Assembly: GCF_009914755.1 (NCBI RefSeq)
Contig: NC_060926.1
Reading direction: 5' to 3' (one strand)
DNA length: 64,000 nucleotides
Source: the human T2T-CHM13v2.0 reference genome, Homo sapiens
In this document: positions 13,401 through 27,090 of the stretch, piece by piece
How positions within the stretch are numbered: the first letter of the stretch is position 1
How the letters are laid out: each line of letters begins with the position of its first letter
Position numbers and translations under genes: made by a program
The notes under the pieces: generated by a model
The model's database searches: none
The model's input: only the letters and a program-made list of their open reading frames with translations
What the model was told of the DNA's origin: nothing

Positions 13401-14934
13401 AAAATGCTTACTTCATATTTTACTGGGAGCATAATATTTCATCATATGAATGGAACACAATTTATATAACTAGTCTTATTTATGTAGTGTTGAACATTTG
13501 ATTTTTGTGAAGTCAGAGAACAGAATCTCAGTTTTCACTTATTGATGGAAATCTTGTGGCAGTTGAGACAGAATAAAATTTTCTAGAAGAACTAGGTAAG
13601 AAAGCTATAACTCAGGAATGTGCCATACCTAGATAATTAGTTTCCAACTGAAAATTCTATAAATAAAATGACGTTTGTCTACTTTATGCATAGTAAGTGT
13701 ATGTGCAAAGTTAAGAAGTGTTTCTGGCCTTTAAAATAACTGGTCTGAAAATTAATTTTAAAAGATCAAATTTTAAAGAGTAACCAAGTGATAAGAGGGA
13801 GTTGAGCAGGTACATTTCTGAGGTATAACCAATACAAGATCTAAAGATCCTTAATTAGTATTAGTGATCAGACAGCAGGGCCTGCTAACACACTCAAATT
13901 GAATCATGTCAAAATTTGGGTGATTTGGAAGGAAAGGATCTACCAAACCTCTACGCTACCCACAGACTTCAAAATATAAAGGCATATGGTTCAATAATAT
14001 TGACAGTAAATAAATAGTTACATTAGTAGCATATTTATCCAGAGTTTACCAGTGGTCAGCCTTAATAAGCAGTGATACTATATTTTCTCTAAAAAAGGCA
14101 TTGTTAGCTTTTGGTAACATGTATGCCTTTCTTATTTCCAATATATCTTAAAAAAACACAAAGCCTCCCCAGGAAACGTATGTATATAAACATAAAATTT
14201 TGTGTACAGATTCAGATGATTCAGAAATGCTCCAATTAATGTTTTATCCTAGCTTAAAAATCATCAAGAAGAGCATTAAACGAGTGTTCAAAAGCGTTTT
14301 CATTGACAGCATGAATAAATGTAGCCCATTAGCAAAGAAGGGTAAAAAAAAAAAAGAAAAAATCTATAAAACAATCACAAGATTTGAAAATGCTTGGAAA
14401 TTTATTGCAGTGGTAAGCGGCTCTATATATCTCATGTGACAAGTCCATGATTGTTTAACTGGATTTAAACAGAGTATTATGATAGATGTTCAGAGCACAT
14501 TCCCTGAGTTATCAAGAATGACTAAACCATCTTTGCGCTTTCTGTTTCAAAAGGCACTTTAGAAAGGATTCCACCAGAAATGACTTAAAAGTATTAGGAG
14601 TTTAAAAAAGAATACGCCTGACATCTTCCCTGAAGAATCCATCTCTTTCCCCAGTGATGCCAGATAAATAATTTACTACTGTGGCAATATCAATCTCTCC
14701 TCACATGTTTGGAGACTTTTCTTAGTTACCATATCATTTCAACTAATTAACAGGTTTGTTTGAGGGACCCGTTTCTTAAAAAAACTTTAACAGTTTTGTA
14801 AAAATTGATTTTTGTAATAAATTGACATAAGTTAAATAACAAGATAAGTCATCATTAAAGAAATCCCATGACAAAAGATTCCTTTAACATGAGTTTCTGT
14901 AAAACTTAATCTTCCTTATGACTTTACATGTACT

Positions 14935-15650
14935 ATGAGGGCTATAAGACAGACAATAAACAAGTATTAGTGAGGATATGGAGAAATTGGAACTCTCATA
15001 CATTGCTTGTGGGAATGTAGAATGGTTCAGCTGCTTTGGAAAACAGTTTGTCAGTTTCTTTGAAAAGTTAAACATGGAGTTAGCATACGAACCAGGAATG
15101 CCATTCCAAAGTACATAACTAAGAGAATTGAAAATGTCTGTCCTCACCAGAACTTGTGCATAAATGTTCATAGCATTCCAAACATGTTCATCATAGCCAA
15201 AAAGTTGAAAGAGCTCAAATGTCCATGCACTGATGAAAGCAAGACAAAGTCTTGCTTTTTGTCATACCTAACAAAAAATGAAAATGGAAATATCATCATA
15301 AAAAATGAAATATTGATTCATGCTACAGCACGGATAAACCTTAAAAACACCATGCTAAGTGAAAGAAGCCAGATGCAAAAAGGCAAATATATGATTCCAT
15401 TTATGTGAAATATCCAGAATAGACAAATCTATATAGACAGAAAGTACATTCATGGTTTCCAAGGGTTGGTAGAAGGTGGGAATGGGGAATGACTGCTAAT
15501 GGGTATGGGATTTCTTTTTGGAATATTAAAAATATTCTGAAATTAGGTAGAAGTGAAGGTTATACCTTAGTGAATAGACTAAAAGTCACTGAATTTTATA
15601 CTTTATAATAGTGAATATTGTGCCATGTTTATTATATCTCAATAAAAAGT
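14935..15650 (+). mobile_element. L1MB/MC-type 3' end
   Basis: gtgaggatatggagaaattggaactctcatacattgct; atgctaagtgaaagaagccag; terminal attatatctcaataaaaa. Confidence 0.85.
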
Positions 15651-18399
15651 CATCTTTTTATCAATTTGTATATTTCATACATAAGCTCTTGAAATGAACC
15701 ATGCCCTTGATGTATTTTTTTCTTATGACTTTTGCAACTGAGCCCTGAGGATTTCAAATAAGGGAATGTGTCTCTAATAAAGCAAAGTTATAAAGGGCCA
15801 TTATTTTGAGGACTAGTCATGTCAGCAAAATGATTATTAGTAATTTTTTAGATTAAATATATGAGAAGAATGAAGAACTAATTATATCAGTGGCTCCTGT
15901 TCTGTCTCTCTCTTTCTCTCTCTCTCTATTTGATTACAGGCTCATGAGCAATAGTTCTGTTGCAAAGTAAACATCCATCTGTTTAGAAGTTGCAAGAGGG
16001 TGCTGAGCACTTTCTTTGGTGCTGTATTTCCTAACTGACTTATTCAGTTCAAATTAAGTATTTGATCTTTTAGCTACAAAGCAATGCAACCCAGTCTGGG
16101 GATGCTGAAAATTGTTAATTATGAAAATGACACAGAGGAGAAGAGAAAATATTTAGCAAATACATTAAAGCTGTATAGGAAGAAAAGTAATAAACCTCTA
16201 CGTAAACATCTGTGGTTTATGAGAGTATCATATATTTTATTATTAAGCAAAAATCATGAGGCAGCAGAGAATATACTAATAATCACTAATATTTTCCAAA
16301 ACTAGATGAATTGCCTGAGACTGAAAAAGTTACATTTGTTGATAATAACATAATGAGAATATTTGATTATTTCCCTCAAGGTAGAATTTTTCAGTATTCT
16401 GCTGAGTATACAGGATTCCCTCTCTTCTTTTCACTGTTTCAATGACCTTGTATCTTTTTATCTAATAAAGCAAAACACTCATTCAACAGTTTAAACCGTT
16501 GTGTCAACTCTGAGGGTTTTTTGTCTTGGTCCTTAGCATACGAAACACGTGTAATTTGTAGCCCTGTCATGAAACTATTGGAATTTCTTCTCTCATTCTC
16601 AGTTGACATTAGTAGGAATACAGAATTCTGGGTAATTGTTGCATTGTTTATTTCATAGAATTTTTTATTATAATGATATATTTGGTTATAATGCCCAAAC
16701 TATTTCAACCTTGTGTCATAAAAATTTCATTTTAGAAGTAAAACAACTTCAGTGAATCATTGCATCCACACAATATTATTGGTTTTACGTAAGGTGGTCA
16801 ACATGGTTTAGCAAGTTATGTAACTGTTTAGTTTTATAATTCTATAAGGAATCTTATACATATGATTCTATAAGGAATTATAACAATGCTTGACATATTC
16901 AAGGCATTGAAATCATAATATAGAGCTAATTTTAAACAGTAGCAAGATAACAATTTATTCAGAGCCCCATTAAAATGTTCAATATTCAGCAATTAAGACA
17001 TGTAGTCAGACTTTTTTAAAGAATGAAGAGAGTATGTTACATTTTAAAAAAAGTGTCATCACATAGCTGTTTTTGTCAACTCTATATCTGGCTATAGAGG
17101 AAAGAATATAAAGAAATGTGTAAATTCATAGATAAAAATGTGTTTTAAAGTGTAGAATGGAGGATTAGTGGGCTAAAAGGAGTCTTGGGGTGGGGGGGAT
17201 CAGGACCATTAAAATATCAATATGTTATGTTACTTTAGACTAATGGTCAGATGAAGAATAAAATTGAGGTCACAAAATGGTTAGGCTTGGCTCTAGGAAA
17301 GGACAGGGATTTGTAATTATGGAAATAGAAGCTTTGATTCTTACAGACATGGGGACATTTAAGGTAGGCGATCAGTGTATAGGAAGCATATGGAGGCAAC
17401 AAAAATACCTATCGTTGAAACATGAATATAGAGATTCCAGTAGTATTTTCTCCAGTTTCTGAAACTATTTTTACCCTGATTATTTTTAGTCATTTCTTTT
17501 CTACCTCCCTCTCCTGAGGCATGATTCATCTCCTTTATCAAAATTCCTGCCTTAGGCTAGTTCTAACAGCCCATTCTTCCTTTTCATTATGAGAATGTGA
17601 CCACAAATCCTTCTGATGTTGACAGAGAAGGTGGGGCACTACCAGGTCTCATTGCATTGAATCAATATAATAACCTATAAAAAATGATGGCAGTCTTATA
17701 TTCATGTGAAACATTTTGTGGGCTACGGTCACAGCTCTTTCAGCCCCTAGGAAGTGAGGGGGTATATTAATTCAAGATATCAATGGTATTATTATTTATA
17801 TTATCAGTATTAAATATTAGGTGACTTTCCAACTCTTTCTGCAGTTTTATCCTTTTAGGTATGACTGGTTCTATTATCTTTGATTTACAATGTCATCATA
17901 CTAGATATATGATCCTTTGAAACTAAGGAAGGATAAGCAAGATATTCAAAATGTCCCCATGTCTGTCACCACTACAGCAACTATTTCTATAATACAAAAT
18001 CCCCATCCTTTTCTAGAGCCAAGCCTAATCATTTGGTCACCTCAGTTTTATTCTCTATTAGATCATTAGTCTAAACTAACATTACGAATTTTTTGTATTT
18101 TAACAGTCCCTTCCAGAAACTCTTTTTATTCCACTAATGCTTCATTCTATACTTTAAAACATTTTTTTAATTCTATAAATTTACACAGTTCTCTACAATT
18201 TTTCCTCTATAGCCAGAAATAGAGTTGACAGAAACAGTTATGCAGATACTTTTTAAAAATTAACACTCTCCTTTCCTTGACCAGTGTCTTACTATATCTC
18301 TAAAATACATAAAACACCTTTTTAAATCTCTGAAATAAAATATTAAATTATATTATGTTAGACTTTTAAAAATTACTGTTAACTTTTTCCATACAAAGA

Positions 18400-21040
18400 T
18401 ATTGAAATCTATCCAAATCTAAAGTTTTTCTTATCTCTTTAATATTTTCCATTTCATCTTCATGTTCTTATTTGCTTAATTTGTTCTATGCCTTAAAGAT
18501 CTATGTGTTTGTTTTTATTTTTAAGTTGAGTGCAGAGTTGACTTAATATATTCCTCAGCCCATTGCACATTGTCATCATTGGTCAATTCAAGGCTTCCAC
18601 CTTATCTATTGTTATTTTTCTTCTTCTTCTCAATGTCTGCCCCCATTCCCCTCTTACACATGGGCACCACCCTATTTGTGATACAGGTCTTAAATATGCA
18701 CATATTCCTGTAATATTATTATGTGACGGTATTTTTAATCTTGTGTATAGGATATTTTGCTGCTTAAGCTTCTCTGCTTCTTACTTTTCGTGCTTAACAC
18801 ATTTGAAATTTTACTCTGTGGTATTTCCTTCCTTCCTTCCTATAGTTGGTTTTTCCATTGACTTCATGGTCCATATTTTACATGTTTTTGATCAATAACA
18901 ACACAGATTGTTTCCAGCTTCCTGCCATTCCTAAAAATTATTTTTTGCCATTCTGACTGTGTAAACTGATATATTATTGTTCTTTAATTTTTCCTTTATC
19001 TGATTAATAGTAGGGTCGAGTATTCTTTCATATATGTTCCTGTTAGCCATGGTATTATCTACCTATACACTGCTTGTTCGCCTATTTTCCCCATTTTTCT
19101 ATTGAGATTTCTGTCTTTTTCTTATTGACTTACAAATGTCTTTCTTATTATGCCATCTATCTGTTGATTTTGTCTGTTGTCTATTAGACGGAAATCCTTA
19201 ATTTCAATGTAATCAAATGATCCATATATTTTTGCCATACAGTTTATATGTTGGGGTTTTATTTAAAAAGTTTTTTCTATGCCTGAATTACAAAACTTTT
19301 GTTTACACTTTTATTCGTTTTATTTAATAACAAGTTTTAAATCTGTCTACCATCTATGCCATGGAAATGTGCACTGTTAGCTTTATTTTTCTTCATATAC
19401 TAATTCTGTTTTCCAAATACCATTCCTAAATGATCATTTTTCCCTGTTACTTTGTGGTGCTATGTTGAAAGCTAAACATTGTTCCCATCCATTGGTTTAT
19501 TTGTCTATTCCTGAGTTAATACTATACCGACTTTTATCACTAGAGATTTGGTTACATTTTAATATAGGTAGAATAAGCCCCTCCTCTCTAACTGTCCCAT
19601 ACACCTTTAATTTTCTTTTTTTTAAAATTGGCTTTTATTCTTCCATATGAATTTGAGCATGAGTTTGCCAAGTTCCAAAAAATCTGTTTTTAAATATGTC
19701 TCTTAATGATTATATATAACAGCATATTTTTGGATTTTGATTTAAAATCAGAAACCTATCTCCTACAACATTTTGAAAATATTATATCACTGTGTTCTAC
19801 ACTCAAGCATGCCTTTTTGAAGTCTGAGGCCAATATGACTTGTTTCCCTTTATGGAGAGTCTCCTTTTCTCTCTAGAAACTTTTAAGTTTTTCTCCTTGT
19901 CTTCAATAGCCATGTATTTTACAATGTTTTTAGGTTTGGGTTTCTTATTCTCTATGCTGTTTCATTCTGAAGCCCTTTCAATCAGAAGTTTTCCAACCTT
20001 TTTCAATTAGAGAAATTTTTGGATGTCATTTCTTGAAATATTTCCTTTTCTGTGTCTACATACATTTTTTTTCTTTCCAAATGGAATTTCTTTTTAAAAA
20101 TACTTTGATATTCCTATTGCTGACTCCAAGTATGTTGACTTTTTTTTTCCTCTCTCTTTATTCTCTCCTAGGACATTTTGGGAGAATTTTCTAGCCCACT
20201 TTTCCATATTCTGTCCTATTATTTGGCTGTATCTTTTAGCTATTTATCCAAGGTATTGGTAATTTATTTAAACTAACATTTTTCACACCAAGTGTGCCTA
20301 CTTGGTTCTTATTTATAAATGCATATTCCAACCATTCTATCTTAATTCTTTAAGAATGTTTACTAGTTTTGTTTAGAGTTTTTGGCTAGAATTTTCAGAA
20401 GCAGTGCTAATGCTGGGTCACCTAGTACGTGCAGTTTGGATGGCTGCCTTTCTTTGCAACAATTATGCTCCTCGGGTGTACAGTTATTTTTGTTTTTGAA
20501 CTTGTTTTGCTCTGGCTGTTATTGGAAGATGGAGGCCCAGGTTCTAGCTTGTGCTCCTGAGGGTTGAAGAGTAGGTGAATGTGGATGTTGATCATTGGCA
20601 GAAAACCCACCATGCCACAATTTGAACATGACCATCCCTCTTTGCACTTTCCTCACCAGATGACTGTCAACCCTTGATGGTAGTCAGATAATGCTGGGGA
20701 TGGGTTTGGAGATGGTATGGGGTTTGGAGATGCTATGGGGTTTGCCATGCTCACAGGTCTCTTTGTTATCTCTCCTAACACTTGTCAGGTTCCTGTGTAG
20801 CCTGAATGCTATCTGCTGGCCCTGTGGCACTGGGTAGTCAATGCTGTTTTTCTGTCCCTTGAGCTACCATGTGGCCAGGAAAGTTCTTAAAGATACAGAT
20901 TAAAAGCCCACCCTATCTTTTTCCTCCACCATGGTACTTTGTTCCTCTACCACATCCATGTTCAAGCACCCCTCTCAATCTTTGTCTGCTTTTTTTTTTT
21001 TCCTTTAAATCCATTTTATTTTACATCTACTACATCTTCT
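18400..21040 (-). mobile_element. Degraded old L1M (3' end, ORF2 and ORF1/5' fragments)
   Basis: T-rich strand with degenerate L1 motifs (tttccccatttttctattgag, ttcttccatatgaatttgagcatgagtttgccaagttcc, tttgaagtctgaggccaat). Confidence 0.6.
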
Positions 21041-23463
21041 GGGGTGAGAGAAAAGGAGAATAATGGCATTTAAGAAAATTTTCGTTTTGTTGAGTTCTAT
21101 TCACATTGTTTTCAAATGATTGATTTCAAAATAGTGCCAACTTTCATTGAATGCTATGTTTATACTAGGCCTGTGCTAAGAGTTTTGTACATATTACATC
21201 ATCTAATTCTCATAAAAACTCTAGGAAATAGATGCTTTCATTGTTCTCATTTTACAAAGGACAGAAATGAAGTCTAGACAAGGTACTTCACGTAGGAAGT
21301 AACAGAGCCAAGGTGCAAATTTAAGCTGTCAGATTCCAAAGTCTATTCCTTCCAGTCGATAGTGTAATTAGTGTAATTTAAATTAGGTTTGTTCTGGGCA
21401 TCCGTGGATTGACTTCATAATATCCAAAAACCTTCTAAAATTGCGTCCAAAATTTTTGTGTTTATATATACGAGGTTTTTTGTTTGTTTGTTTTTTGTTT
21501 TTTGTTTTTTTTTTTAACTATAGATTGAATTCATTGCTTTAACTGGATTGTCAAAGGTTTCTATGAGTCTCCATGAGATGAAAACTGACTTTAGGTGAAG
21601 TCAAATTACACAGGTGCTTTGGCACTGAAGTCAGCCAGTAATGTTAAAATTGCATATAGTGATTTACCTCTGAAACTTTCTTAAATGACCCTTATGTTGC
21701 CTAGACTAGGTCACTGGAAGCTCAAAAGCCAAGGATTAGTATGTATTTTTCATTTCTCTTTGCTTTTAGGTGCCAGTATTTTTTTCTTGGGACAGTGGAG
21801 GACAACTAACTTTGAAAATGTGATGGGGATTGACAAAAGGGGGCATAAATAAAAGATTATCTCTCAAGAAACGTGTTTAATTGTGTTTATTCCAATGCTT
21901 ACATTGAGGCGAAAAATATGTTTAAAACTCAACTTCAACCTGGTATGAAGACAAAAGAAATAGCAATATGTTCAGTAGCTTGTTCTGCATGCCCTAAAGC
22001 CTGTCTGTCTAGTCATAATCAGCCCCAGGAGGTGTCAATTTGGCCTTCTTGAGTGCTCAGCTGATCCTATTCACTCCAGCAGAATCTGGTAGGTTTTCTA
22101 TTCATGGGTTCTAGGGAAGATGAGTCCTGTTGAAAAACTTCTAACAATTTTCTCCTGTTAATGGAAGATTTTATGATGAAGCTTAGATAAAGATCTCTTT
22201 GAGGTGCCATTGATTCAACTTGTCTCAATTTCAGAGCTGACTATAGCTCTCAGGGCTCCTTTGTACCATGAGTTCCCTCAGTTCAATTTCCCCAGCCCCG
22301 TTTTCAGGGCAACTTAATGTCTCATCCCCAAGGGAAGTCTAGAACTAAACTAACTTCAGAAAACAGGTAATTATGCTGGGCAATTAGATTAAACTTTGCT
22401 CTTCTGAAGTAAGCTCTAAGGCACAATCATATTCATAGAAAAATACTTAAATGATAGACATGTAGTACTTTTAAAATATTGAAAGAGGGTAGCATGCATA
22501 GTTTCTTTAATGGAAATGGAGCACAGTATGCTATCTAAGTAAAATGAAGGGTAATTAGTTTACATGTCTATTTCAGAAATTGAGAGGGTAGAAAATATCA
22601 AAACTTACCACATACTGCTTTCAGAATTCAATTATTCATTTAAAACAATACTGATCCGTAATACTGAAAGAAAAGAAAAGAAGTCTGCCAGCTTCAGCCT
22701 TGAGATATTTTGTGTTCTCTAGAGTCAATTTATTGGTTTTTGGTTTCTGGTCCCACATGGACCTTAAATAAAACTTTTCTATGAGGTGTTAGCCAGTAGC
22801 TTGTAGAAAATGTTTTCTTGCCAAAGGCACAGAATGTGAATCTTGAGTTTTCCCACAATGAGTAACTGAATCTGAAGGTGTCAGGAGTAAAATGACTCCA
22901 TCTTATAATCTCTCCCAGGGGCAAGGAGCTTCTCACTTCCAGAATAAATTGATGATGAGGTCCACTTTCTACCTGCCAGCATGATGATCAGCAAAGCTTT
23001 CACTCCAGCTTGCTGACAAGAGAAAAGTGCCTGTCCCAATTGGTAGGTGTATGTTATTTATGGAATGGAAGGCTTTATAACCTGGTATGCACAATGGTTC
23101 CACTGAAAGTCTTCATGTGTTATAAGCACAGCTATTTGTAAATTGCACTCACAGAGGGATACCACTCCTCCTTCCCACATACATGAATTTTATTCTTCCT
23201 TCTCTTCGCAGTTTCCCAATGTGATACTCTATTTGATAGCCCCTAAGCATCTCATTCTAAAACCCCAATCTGGTATCCTCATGTGTAAACTATAATACAG
23301 CTTACGTGAAATGTAAAGGGCTTTCACATTTGTTTTCTATATCCATTTAACTCTGAGCAAATATCACCATCTCAGTTTACAGCTGAGGACACACAGACGC
23401 AAGACAGGAGCTATCACTACACAATCTGTGTTCTCTACTTTTCTACTGTTTTCCTTGAAATGA

Positions 23464-24893
23464 AGTTCTCAAACTTAAAGGTATGTAAGATTCATTCAAG
23501 TTGTTTGCTAAATGTAATAGGAATTCTAGTTAATATGATGCTTAATATCACCAGGCACTCTTTTAAGCACGTCACATATATCAACTGAATTTTTCCTCAC
23601 AACAGCTCTGAGTTAAGGACTATGATTTTCTCATTTCACAGGGAAGAAAGTGTAAGTACAAATAGGTTTTTTAATTGCTTAAGGATTAACATTTAGTAAA
23701 ATCTGGAGCTGGAATTCAAGCCAAGGCAGCCTGGTTGCAGAGTCTACCCACTACACTGGTCCCTAAGAAGAGTCCTTGTTCCCTCTTCTACAGATTTTTT
23801 TAAAATTAGCATCTGAGGGTAGATCCCTGGAATCCAAATTTTCTTTTTTTTTTTTTTTGTACTGGTTCCTTTATTCAAATTAAGATATTACAATACAAAA
23901 ACATTGTTCTAAATGTAGGCTTATAATGAAAATCATACTATTCCATACACTTGCATAAATGACTTAAACAATTGAGAGACAATATTTCCCAAATAGTATA
24001 TCATAGAGTTAATAACTGAAACACACCATGAAAATGCTCTGTGGTCAAACAGATTTGGGCAATGCTGGTTAAGTAAAGTTAAAGAGTTGGTTTTGCAATA
24101 TGACTTCTCAGAGCTATTAATATGTTAGTATATATTTGAATACTCAAGAGGGAGCTATAAGCAGTAAGCAAAATTTTTTTTAGAATATATTTGATGAAGA
24201 AATTATTTTTAGATGGAAATCTATAAGGCTGTTTTATATAAAAAAGGAAGGCATTAATCTTTCTCTTCTGAAATGCCAAACTTCAATGATGAGTCCTGCA
24301 AACTGGTTCCTTATGGCACGATGCTATCCAGGAATAGGATAGCATTGATGTAGGATTGGCTATGTGTTCGTATCTGAGTGTTAGCATGACATTTGCATGC
24401 TATGTCATGGACTGAGAATCTGGGTTAGGTTGTCCTGACAGCAAACGCAATTGTGATATTGTCAGTATACCACTCTCTCTATTTACTCATCTAAATGAAC
24501 CACTCTACAAGAAACCTTTGAAATTTAATAAATTCAACTCATATTGAACTCACAATTTAATTTTAATTCATATTTACGAGCTATTGAAAAAACATTCCAC
24601 TCACTTGAAAATTCAAAACAAAAATAAGAGTATTCTTTATTCCATAATTGCACCGACTGAAAATATTAAATAAAAACAAGACGAGAACTTGTCTCTAAAG
24701 AACTTTAAGGAGTCCATTTCTCAAAAAACTATGCCATACTATAGATTCTTCAATATGACCTACAAAGAGACTTAGACTCCCACACATTAATAATGGGAGA
24801 CTTTAACACCCCAAATTTTCAACATGCACTTCCCCAAACCCTCAGGTGGCTCTCATGCCAGGGTTCTCAGATCACACTTTGAAAAACATTGGC
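23464..24893. mobile_element. MER5-like hAT DNA transposon split by a MIR (~23520-23760) and by the retro-insert at 23844-24810
   Basis: Left part gttctcaaactt..; middle gagggtagatccctggaatccaaattttc resumes at 24821 as aacatgcacttcccc..caggtggctctcatgc..gatcacactttgaaaaacattgg, the typical MER5 terminus. Confidence 0.7.
23844..24810 (-). mobile_element. L1-mediated retro-insertion: non-L1 cargo with poly(A), plus a 5'-inverted 58-bp L1 ORF2 fragment (probable 3' transduction)
   Basis: TSD ccaaattttc at 23834-23843 and 24811-24820. T15 at 23844-23858. tttatt (AATAAA on -) at 23870-23875. L1 ORF2 sequence tgacctacaaagagacttagactcccacacattaataatgggagactttaacacccca at 24756-24813 on the opposite strand. 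Confidence 0.85.
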
Positions 24894-25289
24894 TTTAGGA
24901 TTCAAACACACTGTTTGGTCTTCAGTAATAATATATTGCAATAAAAGTGTTCCAAGGGGGCATTACAAACTAACTGTTTATAAGCAACGGAGCAAAACAG
25001 GAGGATGGGACAAGAAACAGTGCTTGAGGGTTTAAAAAGGTAAGAAGTTAATAGAGTTAAAGGAGAAAATTGATATTAAGAAAAGCCACGGGAGAAAAAC
25101 AGATACAACACCCCCCTAATAATTTTCCTTGGAGCTGGACTACTCAATACCAAGGTTGGAAATTAAAAGTTAATTTTTTTTCTCAAGTGGTTTTGAGAAA
25201 AAAAAAAGTGGAAACAATGGCAGAGGGCTTGGGTTAAAATTATTTACTAAATAGTAACAAGCCAAGTTTCTTGACTTGTAGGATCTATA

Positions 25290-25478
25290 GCTACACTGTC
25301 TAAAATGGTAACCACTAGCCATATTATTTAAATGAATTGAAATTAAATAAAATTTAATATTTAGTTTCTCTATCACCCTTGCCACATTGCAAGTATTCAA
25401 TAAGCACATATGGCTAGTGGACAGCACACAGATCTAAAATCTTGCCTTTTTTGCAGAAAGTTCTATTGGACAGCACTA
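25290..25478. mobile_element. MER3-like hAT-Charlie DNA transposon
   Basis: ctgtctaaaatggtaaccactagccat ... gccacattgcaagtattcaataagcacatatggctagtgg ... gcagaaagttctattggacagcact. Confidence 0.8.
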
Positions 25479-26829
25479 ATCCATAGAACTTCTCCCAACT
25501 ATTCTTTTAATTTTTTTCTTACTGTTAGCAAAATCCTATCTGTTAGAGCAATTAAATAAAGAACATTTAGCATTCGCATTTTGCCTGCCTCAAGAACACT
25601 GAAAAGTTTAATATGTCAGTTTACAGTCCTGGTCACTTATCAGCATATCTCAACAAGGACTTGTTATTTTTCCACTGTTAAAGATGGAGTTATGTGGGGT
25701 TGGAGGGAGGATGATGGTGTGTGAATTATAAACCATAGCAATCTTCCCTCAAATGTGAATGGGTGATTTCCCAGGCAAATGTCACAGGCTAAGGGAGTTC
25801 CAGGTGGACAGGTATTCCAGGATGCATGCACCATGAGGGCAAGGAATCACATCAATGTCACCATCATGGCTTTTTACATTTTGTTTTTAGTTTGGATATA
25901 ATTTTTACCCTCCATTATTACTGACAGCAGTGGATGGAAAATTTTTAAGCTGTCTCAGTCTGATATAAGTCAAGAGTCATTTCATTAGCTTCACATATAC
26001 AACCCACTACCATACAAACTAAAGCATTTGCTGAATAAGCCATATGGGGGCTCAATGGGTCTGCAAAGACTCCTGAGTAGTCTGTCCCCTCAGTTCAGAT
26101 CTCCTTCCTCCAGCAGGCTAATCAGCTGTTGGCCAAGAGTCAGCCTCCTGTGGCTGGACTGCTTTGACCTCCCACTGGGTGCCAGGGGCCATGGAATTAT
26201 TAGAGCAGTGGTTCCAACATTTCTGGGTCAGCTTCCTAGGGTCATTTTAGACAATCTTCTAGAGGTTCAATAGATAAATATTCACTCCCAGGAGTGAGTT
26301 TTCTAAGGGTTCCAGTTAGCTCTAATATAGTGGATACTCTTTCCAATGATATAAGCACCAGATAATTGGAATGAACTTTATAAAGAATAGCTATTAGCTA
26401 TTAGTTAAGACAGTTTAAAATGCCTTTTCTTTCAGCTTCAATTATGAATTATTATACATGCAATTATTAGTTATGATCACTCATGCCAAACTTCCCTTTC
26501 TCATACGAGATGGAACCCTAACCAAAATCTCAGAATCATTGAAATTTAGGACTGAAAGAAAATTTTGAGATTAGCTATTCTAACCTCCTGTTTTACAAAT
26601 GAAGAACTGTATCTTAGAAAGGCTAAGAAATTAGTTCCCAAGTTAATTTAGAGAATTATAATTACTGACGTGTAACTCCTAATTTCTTATTCAGTACTAT
26701 TTTTACCATTTTCCTTTTCTGCAGGAGTAAAGACTTGCACTATCACACAGAACGTACAGAAATATTTTACTGTACATTCCCTATGAAAGGAAGATGTTTG
26801 AGCTTCAGTTCCAGAGAAGGCACTATTTA

Positions 26830-27090
26830 GCAATAACTAATACATGTGTGATGCCAAGTAGATGCTAAGCACTGTCCTAAGCACCATGGTTACATGATCT
26901 CATTCAGTCTTCTTGACAGCACTCTGAGATCCAATTATTATTCCCATTTTATAGATGAGTGAGCTGAATCACAGCAAGGTTAAGCAATTTGCCTAAGTAT
27001 ACACATCTAATGCTTGGTCAAATCTCAGTTCAAACTCAGGAAATGCAGTTGCAGACTCCATGCTCTTACCCTGCTGCTTTGCTGTCTAAA
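26830..27090 (-). mobile_element. MIR SINE
   Basis: MIR core attattcccattttatagatgag..gaatcacagcaaggttaagcaatttgcctaag. Confidence 0.75.

Noticed and set aside
20701-20744. ~18-bp tandem repeat (gggtttggagatg.tatg, about 2.5 copies)
   Set aside because: A simple local duplication, too short and without spacers; not a CRISPR-like array.
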